From assembly GCA_964270895.1 (NCBI GenBank), contig OZ185437.1: a stretch of DNA of 64,000 nt. One strand, given 5' to 3'. The position numbers and the translations under genes are program-made. Below the pieces are notes generated by a model, which was given only the letters and a program-made list of their open reading frames with translations, was not told where the DNA came from and did no database searches. The DNA comes from Podarcis filfolensis (Eukaryota). This document shows, one piece after another, positions 37,801-50,801 of the stretch (the first letter of the stretch is position 1; each line of letters starts with the position of its first letter).

Positions 37801-38180
37801 ACTCAGTTCCGGCACTTTTCAGGTAGGTGTCATTGCCATTCTAAGAGAACGAGGGAGGCTTTCATGGTGAGCTGCAACACCTCTGATTCTAAAAAAACAG
37901 CACTTACTTGTGGTAACCAAGAATGTATATTTTATTTATAAGCAGTAAAAAACTGCATTTTTGTTACCTCTGTAGCTCACAAAACATTCTGCATTAATAA
38001 ATCAGGTTTTCTCTATATCTGTACACATAAATTAAAATTTATCTTAATATTATGGATTGAAAAGTACAGACCAGGAGATTGAGTGGTTTGTGTAAAGTCA
38101 CTCAGCAATCCTGACAGAACCACCTGAACGTCCTGATAATGTTTCTTGAAAGAGGCTACCTTGAGTTCAAGTGGTGAATT

Positions 38181-38182
<2 letters not shown>

Positions 38183-38226
<44 letters not shown>
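38183..38226. repeat. (GT)22 microsatellite
   Basis: Read directly from the sequence. Confidence 0.95.
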
Positions 38227-38228
<2 letters not shown>

Positions 38229-40605
38229 TTTCTGTGCCTTTAATGTAACAGAAAAGCACTTCTAAAAATCCTATGATTACCTACCAAAGAACTGGAATAT
38301 TTTTCTAATCACTTAATAGGACCAACCGCTAAAGGATCAAGCCTTTCACTTTTTACTGTCATACTTTATACTGAGAAATGTTAGGTTAAAAAAACACACT
38401 TAAATGTACTAAGAACTACCAAGTCAGGTAGCTCCAAATTAAAAAATGCAATATATTTTGTATATGTACACCTCTTGTCAAGGCCTATTCATAGTCTTCA
38501 GTTATTTAAAGTCACATCATTTTTGTCAGAAGTCAAAACAGCTTTGACTGGAATAGTTTGTAAAAATACCTATCATATGCAATTTTACTATAGTGGCTTA
38601 AACTGCAATCCTAAACTTTAAAAAACAATAGTAACAAGCTGTAGCAAAAACCCCCAGTATATTTTAATATATTGGTATCTGCAGTCTTGCATAGTTCAGG
38701 TGGCAATGTTTTTGTTCAGTGCTTCAGTGAAATATCCTGCTAATGCACACACATGAGCTTAATCTCTCAGAAACGTCTGCACGATCCAACAGGTATATCT
38801 CCTGTAACAGCCTTATCATTTTGTAGACTTGTTTAACAAGCCACTAGTTGACGTAAAAGGTTTGCTTGCTAGGATGAAGTATCCTTTGCCCATCTAGTAA
38901 ATATATTGCTTAAGAGTGTGTTGTAGAATTGGGTTGCACCAGAATCAAGGGGAACAATTAAATAGGTGCAATGAAATCATTAGTGGAAAACCATGCACCT
39001 CATCCACCATGAAGCTGTTAGATAACTGTGTTTACATAGAACTCACCATCAGATACAATTGTACTTGCATATGTGAGGTTTGGGGTCCAAATTCGGAGCA
39101 AACTTTTCAACTTCAGAAATATATTTGCTGGTTGTTTTTAAAAGGTGTCATGCAAGCTAAAATGATGTCTAAATCCAGACGCTTGCCAGAAATGCTCAGG
39201 TAGATGCCACAATTCAGCCCTTACATAAGTAAGGCTGCACCACTTAGTCCCAAGAGTTCTTGAGCTGTACCCTTTAGAAATAGTTTATTGCGTATGTATT
39301 GGGTTCCAGCTCATTTTTTCACTAATAAGATTATAAATACTGGTGATGTTAGTTGCCAAGAGCAGGACTCGGTCATTTTCTAGAGTTGTGTTGTAACTTG
39401 GCCTTTGAGGTTCCTCATCCCTAACCTAAGCAATAGTCTAGCATGATGCTAATGAGCATAGGTGAAGCTTTAGGCTTAAGTCTTGCCTCTCCATTTTTCT
39501 TCTCCTTCTCCTCCACCTCCTCCTCGTGTGGTTGGAAGGAGACAAGTTTGCCATTTCGTCTGAACTGCCAAATGGTGGTTAACATTAAGGGTGGAATTCA
39601 ACATTGCTATTACAAACGTTCCATTTGTGCATGCATTTCAGCTTGCCAGAGGGAACAATTGCCTTCTTCCCATGTGCTGTTCTGGGGGTTCTCCCAACCT
39701 GCCCCCCAGCCAATTTTGGGTGTGTGGGTGGAAGAGGGGGCAAGTTCCATTGTAGAAGCCCTTACGCAGGGGTTCCATTGACAGGGTTTGTTAGGTGAAT
39801 CCCACCCTAGGTGTGGGTTATCTGAAACAACTTGAAGCCCTGTTTCTGACATAGTTTCAACAACAACATTCTCTTTGAAATGGAAAATACATTTATAACC
39901 CCGGATGTCCTCTTTTTCCAGACTGAATGTTGTTCAAGAGTATATCAAGAACATAATGGCTTGAGAATTCAACTGGTTTGATCTACATTTTCATCTAATT
40001 ACAAAACTGAATTACAGTAAGCCAGCAATGTTTTTGTAGTGCTAAAATTTAAGGTATCAAAATACATAATTCATGTTAAGCTTTTTTAAAGTCCTCTGAG
40101 AATCACATACTGGCCCATTATATAGAAGGTTTGCGACACTTCACTTTAGTGTGTGTGTGTGTGAAGAAGTTAACTGAAATAACTCCACTTAGTGTTTGAG
40201 AGGGAGAGAGCAATGTAATGAAATCTGTTTGCTGTGCTAGCTGTCTCCAGATTGGGCTGTAATTACACCACAGAAGGAAGAAAGGTAGCTGAGTCTCAAT
40301 CTGGATCATTTATGTAAACTCAGCCTTCTTGTCAACGATGTTCTCAGATTGCAAGCATGCAAACCACAAAAATCATCTCCTATGAACAAAATAGAGACAG
40401 TGTCAGATTGCAGGCTTCTGATATACCTTGTATTCTCTCTGTAATTGGACTTTAACATCTGACACAGTAAGGTTAAAAAACTTCTCATGTAATATACATC
40501 TATTCAGGGAATGAAATCCTGTACAGAAGGGGGTAGGGGGAGGGAGAAGAACGATCCTTTACTTCTTTATGGCATAGAATTGACACAGAGTTGTATGAAG
40601 AAGCA

Positions 40606-40611
40606 TTTATT
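40606..40611 (-). terminator. Candidate PDSS2 polyadenylation signal
   Basis: AATAAA on the minus strand ~850 nt after the PDSS2 stop. Usage not provable. Confidence 0.3.
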
Positions 40612-41462
40612 TGGCGTGAATTAAAACAAAATGTTCAGTAAATCAAGGAAAATGTAGTACCTGCGTTTGCTGAAATAAGTGGCATCTTATACAGAAGGCA
40701 AATATATTACCCTGGAAGTTTAAAACCCCACCCACTGAACCAAATTGAAGACTATACAAACAGCACATTCAAAATTATTCTTTTCTGCAGAACGACATAA
40801 ATATTACAAAGCTCTTACCATACCTGATGCGCGCTCTCAGCAACTCTTTCAAACACACAATGCATTAGGCAAAGGGTAATTTTATATGTAAATACATAAC
40901 GAAACAGTGTGAGGAGACATAGCGGCATGTAGTCAGATAAAAGATTCCCTCCTTTCCCCTGCTAATTCATCGAGCTGCCCTTCATGTTGATAAATTGGTA
41001 CATTAATTCTGGTTTTAAACAGCCCTCTCTCTGGCAGATTTAGAAAGCATTTCTCCCGACACCTGCAGCTTCAGGGCCCCCCTCTGTCTTCTCTAGTGCA
41101 GGAAAACCACAGGCCACCACACTGGCGCCATCCCTGGCTATGTCCAATCAATAAGGACTTATTTCCTGTCCATTTGCTGAGGTCACAGAAGCGAGTCTCA
41201 TTAATTATTGCTACCAGTGCAGCCTCAAGTGTGCTTCTGGCATGACAAGTGAAAACTGTTTGACCTTTTTTCCCTAATTTTGTTTGTAGCAGTTCCGAAG
41301 GGTATATGTTAGTTTGGGAATGTGGTGAGTGGAACAGAAACACATTTTTTAAAGCCACTGACACATTTAGATGCGGAGCAATGGCAGATCTTGACGCTCT
41401 CCACTATTATCTGTTCTGCTCATTAGCGCAAACAGAAAGTGGCTCCTTTTCCCAATTGTAGA

Positions 41463-41621
41463 TCATGAAAATCTTGTCACAGCATAAACAATGTTTTCTA
41501 AAGCAGATCTGGCCTCCGAGGGAGGGAAGCACTCCAGAGCCTCCAGTGCTCTGTTTCCATGGTAACGACATAGGTCAATAGCCGAAGTCACACCTTTGCC
41601 AGCCTTGATTGCATCTTGCAA
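41463..41621 (-). CDS. PDSS2: PDSS2 last coding exon (159 nt including stop)
   Basis: ttctcacag|TTG CAA GAT ... TTT TCA TGA = [52 protein letters not shown]. Confidence 0.95.
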   Translation of the reverse strand: MQDAIKAGKGVTSAIDLCRYHGNRALEALECFPPSEARSALENIVYAVTRFS

Positions 41622-42329
41622 CTGTGAGAAAACACATGCACAATATCATCAGTTTTGACAGAAATAACTATATGCAGAATGCTAAGAAAACATTATGGAT
41701 TCTGTATTTTCATGACCTGAGCTTCAAAGGACAGTCTCGTTAAATGACTGACAAAAAAATGGAATCCACTATTCGATGAAACAACCCTAATCAATTTAAT
41801 TGTTCTTTCATTTATTGATAATTCAAGATGCACCTTTCAAAGGCTAATGTAACTGCAGCAGAAGGCTCTCAACTAGTCATGTGTACAATTCTTGCCTAAT
41901 GGGAATAAGGCCAACAAATAAACTTGTACTTATAATAAATTCATTAATATGCATTTTTAACAGAATTTCATCACAAGCAAGTAGATTAATATGTGCATTT
42001 ACTTTCATGTTGTGCAGACTACAGCATAGTGTATATTGTTCTGTTTACACATTGTAATTTTAATCTGGAGTATAATTTCAAAATATTAATCCACAACCCG
42101 TTTCCTTTGGAGTACCAAGAGGCAAACTGGCTGAAGAGTTCAGCCTATCTATGGGGATGACCCACCAAAGCCTGTTATTGTGTAATCTTCTTTCATAGGG
42201 GAATCAGATGGGCTTCTAGATGGTCTAATTTAGATCAGTGGGCACTGTGTGCATTAGAAAACATTTGCTATCAACAATCATAATTTCATCACTCTAGCCC
42301 TGCATAACAGAAAAGGAAAAAACAATCTA

Positions 42330-42544
42330 CAGTGGTACCTCAGGTTAAGAACTTAATTCGTTCTGAAGGTCCGTTCTTAACCTGAAACTGGTTTTAACCT
42401 GAGGTGCCACTTTAGCTAATGGGGCCTCCCACTGCCGCCTTGCGATTTCTATTCTCATCCTGAAGCAAAGTTCTTAACCCGAGGTACCATTTCTGGGTTA
42501 GTGGACTCTGTAGCCTGAAGTGTCTGTAACCCGAGGTACCACTG
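42330..42544 (-). mobile_element. Tc1/mariner MITE, copy 3 (opposite orientation)
   Basis: Same TIRs with TA TSD; body is the reverse complement of copies 1 and 2. Confidence 0.85.
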
Positions 42545-42791
42545 TATTTCTGGATTTGTTTACAAGTATGACCAGGCCAAAAGTTAGATACATTTTAATC
42601 CCACTGATTCAACTGGAAAATGTTAAGAATGTGCTTAACTTTACTGTTTAAATAGGTGAATATAAAATGCTTAATTTCATCTGAATCATGCACTATATGA
42701 ACCCTCTGCCTCACTAATGGAGAAGCGCACCATCATCTTGCACTGATGTGATTGGTTGCTTTCCCTAACCTGTCAAGATACAATGGAGGGG

Positions 42792-42995
42792 ATATTTATT
42801 TATTATGTTTTATATCATGTCTTTCTCCAAAGAGCTCAAAGTGGCATACATGGTTCCACTCCCCTATTTTATTCTCACAGCAGTTAAATGAGTCAAGCTG
42901 AAAGACAATAATGGCCCAACGTCACTCAGTGAACTTCATGGCTTAGTAGGTATTCAAGCCTGCGTCTCCCACCCAGTCCTAGCTCAGTAGTCTAC
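42792..42995 (-). mobile_element. MIR/CORE-like SINE remnant
   Basis: tttattctcacagca...aagctgaaagaca...tggcccaacgtcactcagtgaacttcatggc...ttcaagcctgcgtctcc, a degenerate CORE-SINE pattern. Confidence 0.5.
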
Positions 42996-43047
42996 AATAC
43001 ACGGGTGTACTGCTGTGCATCAGGAGTTATCAGAGTATCAAGTAACA

Positions 43048-43182
43048 CAGGCACAGGACAACTCCGGCCCTCCAGATGTTTGGGGCTACAATTCCCATCA
43101 TCCCTGACCACTGGTCCTGTTAGCTAGGGATGATGGGAATTGTAGTCCCAAACATCTGGAGGGCCGAGTTTGCCTATGTCTG
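43048..43182. mobile_element. Palindromic hAT MITE, same family as 24934-25069
   Basis: Same body (ggccctccagatgttt...ctacaattcccatcatccctgaccactggtcctgttagctaggga...). 8-bp TSD aagtaaca at 43040-43047 and 43183-43190. Confidence 0.9.
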
Positions 43183-43448
43183 AAGTAACATATTTATGCC
43201 CTGTGTACTAAGTATTAAATGTACAGAATATGTGCAAATGGAGAATGCCTCACAGCTTTGCTAGTGAGGCCATGTGTCCCTTACCTACTGAAGCTTTTGC
43301 AAAACAGGCAATGCTTCTAAGTTTGTTTACACACCAGTTACCCTGAAGTGACTACTGGGACAGGTTTGAAGAAGATGATGACTCAATTATCCTGCCAGGG
43401 CTCCCCGCTACTTAACTCCTCCAACTTTAAATGAACCCCATGGGAAAT

Positions 43449-43881
43449 GCCCAATTTTGCGCATAATGCTAAGCCAAACAATGACTTACAATGTACAAGC
43501 AGAAGTGTGGGTTTCCTAAGCAAAGATTTTGGCTGTTGTGCTCCTCCCCTAGTCCTGCTACTGCTGAGCTGCTTGGAAAGTAAGCCATGGTTTGGCTCAG
43601 TGTTATGTCTGAAGCCAGGCGTGTGCTTTTTCTCCCCCAGACAAAGCATGAGCAATAAAGCAAAGAAGAAACACTGGCTATAGCTTGTGCTTTGCCTGCA
43701 GCAAGACAAACAACACAAGACCTAGTTCAGACATAACTTTAAGTCAAACCATGGTTTAGTCTTGGGTAGCACAGCAACAGAAGGACCAGGGGAGCAGCTG
43801 TAATCTTCACTCTGAAAATCCACACATTTGCTTGTTCATACTTAGTCATGGTTTGGCTTAGCATTATGTGTGAACTGGGTC
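43449..43881. mobile_element. Two adjacent, oppositely oriented copies of a ~165-bp MITE (43449-43620 and 43719-43881)
   Basis: Shared TIR cataatgctaagccaaaccatg / catggtttggcttagcattatg. Internal asymmetric segments are reverse complements of each other. Confidence 0.6.
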
Positions 43882-46800
43882 TATGAAACCATAATTTATA
43901 ATTATATGATCATTACATATGGAAGCTCTTAGAAACATTAAACACACATTCCTGTTGAAGTGTATATATAAAATTAAGAGGCAGGAAAGAAAAAAATCCT
44001 GCAATATTTAAGTAATATACTTTAGTAAAAAAAAAATACTCTAAATGACATGAAAGTAACTTGAGAACTAGAAGCTGGCTGCAAGATCCATCTATTTTAT
44101 GTAGGCAATTACACTTATATATAATGAATGGTTGTTCTTATCTAAACATGTAACTTAAGTGAATTAATTATGTATATTTGAGGATGAACTCAATTCTTAG
44201 CAAGGCATGGTACTTTAGTGCTCATGTCCCCATTCATAAAAAAATTATTTCCCACATTACTTAGCAGTATACTTCAGGGGAAAATAGGTTTTTATGATAT
44301 GCATGTACAGTGCAACATTAATTAAGCATTTCTTTTAGAGCCAACCACACTATACAGGATGGAACAAAGTAAGTGGAGCAAGGTAAGAACAGAAACTTAA
44401 TACTGCAAATGTGTGTTTGTTTTTGTGCACATTTCTGATATTGTGCAGCAAGCTGCTGATGTTTTGCTGAAGGTAAAAGGACACAAATTATTCTCTCAAA
44501 TGGTGGACAGGTTAGAGAGATTGCTTTTAAAGAGGTGGTAGGCAATCATCACAGATGAATCCTTTAGAAATGGTCATATTCAGAAGGGAAGCTAAGGGCC
44601 AGCTACAGATCTTGTAACTCCATGTTCCTTAGAAACTTGAGATATTCTGTTCCGTAATGGCTCTCTCGAAATGTCCTTGAACTGAGATACGTTGTACTTT
44701 TATCTATTTATTTATATCCTGCCTCATTTTTAAATAACCCAAGATTGCTGACATAAGGCAGTGGAATACAATAAAAAATTAAAATCAACTAGACTAACAT
44801 AGGAGCATAAAAGTGTAATGACAGCTGTCCACTAAGTCATGACTAAAATCAAACTCTTCAAGATGCTTGCCTAAAGAGGAAAGTGAGAAAATGGTTTGCC
44901 AGAGAGAGCAAAGAGGTGTTCCATGTACTGCTTGCGTTGGCCCCACCCACCACAAGCTCATATTGCCCACTACTGTTAGCCCCACACAGATGACCCACAA
45001 GGAAATGCAACCCTCACAGAAAAAGAGATCCCTCACCCCTGCTCTGAGGCCCAATTCCTCATTTCACGTAGCCTTTCTGCAACTCTGCATGGTCAATAAC
45101 TATTCTGGGGGTTTCCTTATTTGCTGCATAGAAGATCTTTTCCATTTCTGAAAGTCATTTTTTTCAAACTTGTGAGGTTGGGGCAGTGATTCCTATCAAA
45201 GTGTTTAGGAGGTTTTGAAGAGAATTTCAGAGCACTGCTGAGGAAGGCCTTCTGATTCTCTTTAGGTTCCGACACTGAGGATACTTCAAGCAGGGGCTCC
45301 TGTAGTATTTACCCAAATTGTGAAAAAGACAGCAAAGACGAACAGCTAGTTCTCCTTCCCTTTGCAAATCTATTCCTCCCCACCCCACCACAACTTTCAC
45401 TCATCAGCACTATTTCATTTAGCGCTCCAAAGCATTTTCCCATTACCATACCTGAATACCTGAATCACCAGGGCAAATATATTCCAGCCTTGGCACCTAT
45501 GAAACTCAGCAAAGCAAACCCCACACAGGAACAATCTATAAAATGCACTCACTGCATTCCAGCCATCCACAGCTTCCCTTGCAACCACTTCACACTCCAT
45601 ACATAAAACCCCACAGCCCAAGCATCCCAGTAAGTCTCCCTGCTCCTACCGGGAATTCCCTGTCTCACTCACAACCTGCTTTTCACTTTCTATACATAAA
45701 ACTGGCTGTCCTTTTCTTACAAGGCATCCTATATTTAACCTCATAACTTGCTAAAAAAAGAAAAGAAGAAAACTTAAATTGATTTGTGGTCAAAGAACTA
45801 ACTAATGCATTAAGTGTTTGCCATGTTATGTACTGGATTTTCTAAATTTGTTTTCTCCTGTGAGGAACCATCTACTTCGCTAAGTGCTGATATTTAGACT
45901 ACCAAAATGTTACCTTGAGATAGAGCCAATACATTTTGTAGCTAAGAGGTTTACTTTCCCCCATTACTGCTGGAATGTTTCATAATTAGTTGCTATAGAT
46001 CATATTAGTGTTTGCGGCTCTACACATTCAACTTTCCTCTTTTTAAATGGCAGCTGGACAGTCATTAATTTTAACTGCTATATTCTATCTATCTTTTTTG
46101 GGTATACTATGATGCAGTTCTTCATGTCAACACATAGAACTGCACTGATAGTCTAACCTGATGAGTCTTCAAGCAACCTAATTTTTGTATTATAATGCAA
46201 AGTTTATAACTTCTTGAGCAAATTATACCCACTATCTTCACATTGCTCACAAGATGCGAAACTAGAAAATTTAAATGCTAAAGAAGGAAGTTTCAGTAAG
46301 ACTAGGTTTTTTGTTAAAAATATATGACTGCCAATCAGAAAAGTATATTAATCTCTTCATATAAAACTCTCATAGCAATACATTTATTTTTTTAAAAACA
46401 TTGTTCCATATACAAAGGGTTATACTGATGTACATAATGCTGTGATACCCAAAAGGCCTTTCAGGAGGGTGCTTAGATAAGCCATCTGCTACATTGGCTG
46501 TACCAGTTATAGTGTTTATCATCTGGCAGCTCAGATGCAGATAACTATATTATGGAATATAAAGATCTGACTCCTCAAAAGAATAGTTTTGGAATAGGCT
46601 TTTTAGATATCAAAAAGGCTATTGATGTTTGTTATTATCAAAATATCTGCCTTCAGTAGTCACCTGCACAAATGCTTCCCTGATTTGAATTATGCAAGGA
46701 ACTCGTTTTTAGCTTTACAATAAATTATAGCATCATGTATGAGATTAGCAGCATGAAACCAGTCAAGACACACAAAACTAGGTTGCAGTGCTCTGTGAAG

Positions 46801-47726
46801 AATAATCTTGCTTTGCCTTTTCCAAGCAAGTCAAAACAGAGAGATTGACTGCTATTCTAGTGCCCAAACAATGCCTTGCCAATACAAAATAGACATTTGC
46901 GACATACAGTGGTGATTTTTGTTGTTGTTAGGAGGCTTTTTTTTGAGTGGGAGGGCTACATTGTGGTGTGAGGAATGTGCTAACTACAGTGCAAAATTTT
47001 AAATGAGGGAAGGAGAGATATATGGCAGAGTCTGAGAGATCTGGACTCTAGTTAGGACTTTTAGCAAATGTCACACAAGCATGCACACAAGAATTATTAG
47101 CCGTTTCCTTAAATATGACTATATCCAGCTGTGCTGTCCCCTCTGATGTCTTATCAGGAGAAAGAATCAACAGGAGCTGCTGCGGTGGACATTCTCTTCT
47201 TCAAAGGAGGAATTTCTAGCACTGATCCAAATTCACATGCATCTAACCCCAATGGTCCTCTTCTAATGCTTCTTTAGTCACTGAGTACTGAGGGAAATGA
47301 CTTTTCTCCCTCTCTGGAACAAGTCATCTATAATCATCATACTGGATCAATAATTTGTCTGCGTGTGATAGCCATACTCCAGAATACAGGACTGGAGTAT
47401 AAACAGACTGATTAACTACTTGTGAGCAAATGACTGTAGTAGCTGAAATGGGCATTTTGAAATAATGGAATACTGGGGTGGGGGTACTATTTTAGAATAC
47501 AAGGACTTATTGGCAACACTGGCATCGTATTTTGTATACATATACCAGCATTTTTTGTATCTTAATTGCAGTGGGCTACTATGCAAGACCATTTTTTTGG
47601 TTGAAAAGCAGGATGAAAATAATTAACAAATAAAATAAAGGAAATGATGAGATCTACTCCATCATGCATAAGATGTTACTGGGCCAACTAAACACTGCAT
47701 ACACATGCACAGACTTGACTAAAGCC

Positions 47727-47730
<4 letters not shown>

Positions 47731-47776
<46 letters not shown>
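47731..47776. repeat. (GA)23 microsatellite
   Basis: Read directly from the sequence. Confidence 0.95.
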
Positions 47777-47780
<4 letters not shown>

Positions 47781-47821
47781 ACTTCTAAAAATAAGGCATG
47801 GTTTTAAAGCATTTAACTTAC

Positions 47822-47857
47822 CTTTGTATAGTCTATTAAGTTTCCTTTAACTTGAGC
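47822..47857 (-). CDS. PDSS2: PDSS2 short internal exon, ~exon 7 (36 nt)
   Basis: gttgtttcag|GCT CAA GTT AAA GGA AAC TTA ATA GAC TAT ACA AAG|gtaagt = AQVKGNLIDYTK, compared with recalled human AQEKGRLDYAK. Confidence 0.9.
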
Positions 47858-49302
47858 CTGAAACAACACAAGGATAAAAGTTAAAATCTGTTTTATTGTC
47901 TAAGGTATTATAATTCTGAGACCACATGCTTCAAAATTTGTGTCATTGTCTATGAGATTATAATTCTGAGACTGCAGATTTCAAACTAAACAATGGAAAA
48001 CAAACATATTTCATCTAAAATAAGACACACAGATGGGCTATCAAAGGCAGTTGCAGAGAGAACGCCAAGTGCACCAGTGAACTGGTTCAATCAACTGTTA
48101 TTCTAGTTCAGCCTTTCTCAACCAGGTACTCTTCAGTTTTTTTAGACCATTTTGGCCATTGGCTATGCTTGCTGGGGCTGAGGGAACTTACAGTCCACAA
48201 TGTCTGGAGGGCACCAGGCTGGGGATGCCTGTACTGACTGAGCTGTTTCCTGTGCCTGTGAGAAAAGGGCTTCTCTGTGATGACTGTGGAAAGATTATAA
48301 GGAACTAAGTCTGCAGTCATAACCCTGCTTAGTTGGGAGTAAGCTGCACTGAATTCAATAAAGCATACACTGACCAAAGAACGTATTCATTAGAATAGAT
48401 ATGGATTTGTATCGAGATAGCAGCTTGAGAAGGGATAACAATCACAACATCAGAGAGCATATCAAAGCTAGCAGGCCTAAAATTAGTCCGTCCAGCTGTG
48501 TTTTGAGTTGTAATCATATATGCATGAGCAGTTCCTTCTCTTTGCTCTGTGCTTAGAAGTAATTAGTTGTTGAAAAACTAAAATTGTTATTTTATTTGTT
48601 TTAGTGACAGATAATGCTTGCATATTTTAATAAAATCCCTACAGAATACAAAGCAGAGCAGTGTCAGGCTCAGCGGTGTCTAATACTATGAATTTTGATA
48701 ATCTTGTTACCTTAAGTATCGTAGTATTTTTATTGTAATCTTCATTTCTTGGTACCAACATTTTATTTTTATTGAATTTAAGTTGTAAATACACAGAAGC
48801 AGAATAATATTTTCATTTTATGCATGTTGGTTTGGTACCCATATGTTGGGCGAATACACAGACACATATGCCACATTCGCTTGTAGCACTGAATGGCAAA
48901 ATCCAGTGTTATACTAAAAACACAGTTTAGTGTGACACGAACAAGAAAAACGTACGTGTTCCCCACCTCTCCTAGGCATGGCTGTGTAAAAGTTTGAAAG
49001 CTTTTGCTTCCCACTGTGCTTAACAATGATTTGACATTTTGTCTGAACTAACAAACTATGATTAATGCTAACTATGGTTTGGGACTCATTCCAAACAAAC
49101 CATAGTTTAACACTAACAAGTTTGTTGGTCTGGGCAAGGCAACAACTTGTGGTTAAACACAAACAGAAGCTAAAGCTTTTGAACTTCTTGTGGCTCCAGC
49201 AGAAGAAAAGAGGAATTCACATGAGCTAGAGACTCATTCCTCTCGTGCTAAGCAAATGATGACTAAATAAGACTAAATATATGAACAGTGCTATTTGCCT
49301 AC

Positions 49303-49434
49303 CTCTTCAATCTGCTTAATCCAGGCTTCTCTTCCAATGAGATCTTGATGCAAGACTACAGGAGCAGAATTTAAACTGAAGGCCACAGAATCATTAGAAC
49401 TTTCATTCAAAAATGGCTGAATGTCAACATTTAG
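49303..49434 (-). CDS. PDSS2: PDSS2 internal exon, ~exon 6 (132 nt)
   Basis: ccttcttacag|CTA AAT GTT GAC ... GAA GAG|gtaggc = [44 protein letters not shown]. Confidence 0.95.
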
Positions 49435-50627
49435 CTGTAAGAAGGAGGATCAAAATAGTTTGTAAAATAAAAGTAGTTCTTCATAGCTAATCCACCTCAT
49501 CAGTGACTGACATCCCACATGTGTGCAGAGTCTTATATATATTTTGTATGCTTGGCCATACAAAAATCCTTCAACCAACACACACTATTAAGGATTTATC
49601 AGGCTATTCCTGCCCCGTTGGTTCAAATCCAATTAATATTACCAGAGTCTCCAACTACAGTACAGTTTTTTAAGCATATTGGAAGATTCTGTGTCTGTGC
49701 ATGTGCATACAAATGCCCTGTCCTGTGGGAACTCTGTCAGAGCGTGCCAAACCACCACAAGTGTGTGCCAAAATCAGCACTTTACTTTCCCAAGAGGAGC
49801 TAACAGGAATTTTTTGATAATAAGGGAGAAAGAAGTACAATTGCAGGTACCAGAGTTAGGGGTTTAAGACTGCTCCCTGACTCTGGTAATCCAACCATTA
49901 AGAATGCGGCCTGCTCCTATGTGCACAACCCTACCCTGAGTTGTTTCTTGGTCATGCTTGTGACCTAGCTTTTTACAATGCATTGTTATGAAAGGAAAAA
50001 TGACACACTACTGGTGCAAAACTCGGGCATGCTTAAATCCCAGTGAAATCAACAGAACATGCATTCAGTAGTAGAATTAGCTCTTCAGGGTTCTTTCAGT
50101 GTGCACCATTAAAATCAGTTCAGCTGGCTGGCACACACAAGAAATTGGGACTTCTGTGTGATGGCCCCAGAATTGTGGAACTTCCTGTTGACTTGTGCCT
50201 TGCCCCACCTGTACAGGTGCTTAGGCAAGCGTGGAGTACTTTCCTCTTCAGTGCTACCTTTAACTGAGGCTGTAATTAGTTTGGGTGTTATGCAGCAATT
50301 TCTTAATTATTCTGAGCCCCCTCTTCTCCCCTGCATGCTGTTCTCCTTACCACCCCCCTCCCTAGCCAATTTCAGGAGGCAGGGCATGCAGGCACAGAAT
50401 TGGGGGGAAGCCCTATTGTATACGTGGATGTCCACTGATGGGGCTGGTTAAGTGAATAGCTTTTATGCCTACAATTTATGTGTGTGTGTATATATATATA
50501 TATATAAAGCAGCAGCAACCAAAACCTGCACCTGCTGACTACAAAGCTACGACAGAAAGAAAAGATACATATGGTTCTTGTTCATTATATCAGCTTTTCA
50601 GCTACTGCAGTAAAAGGAAGGGCATAC

Positions 50628-50801
50628 CTTATGACTCATAGACATGTGCTTTCCATACTTAAATGCCATATTCTGGATCCTTGCATCATGTTTTGCCAAT
50701 TCCATTGCAGCTTGGCAGCTTTTTGCCAGCAAGGCACTATGGGATAGGAAAACTTGCTCCTTCCACGTTGATATCCTAATGTCATCTGTGAGACCATTTC
50801 C
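50628..50801 (-). CDS. PDSS2: PDSS2 internal exon, ~exon 5 (174 nt)
   Basis: gcatttctag|GGA ... CAT AAG|gtatgc = [58 protein letters not shown]. Confidence 0.95.
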
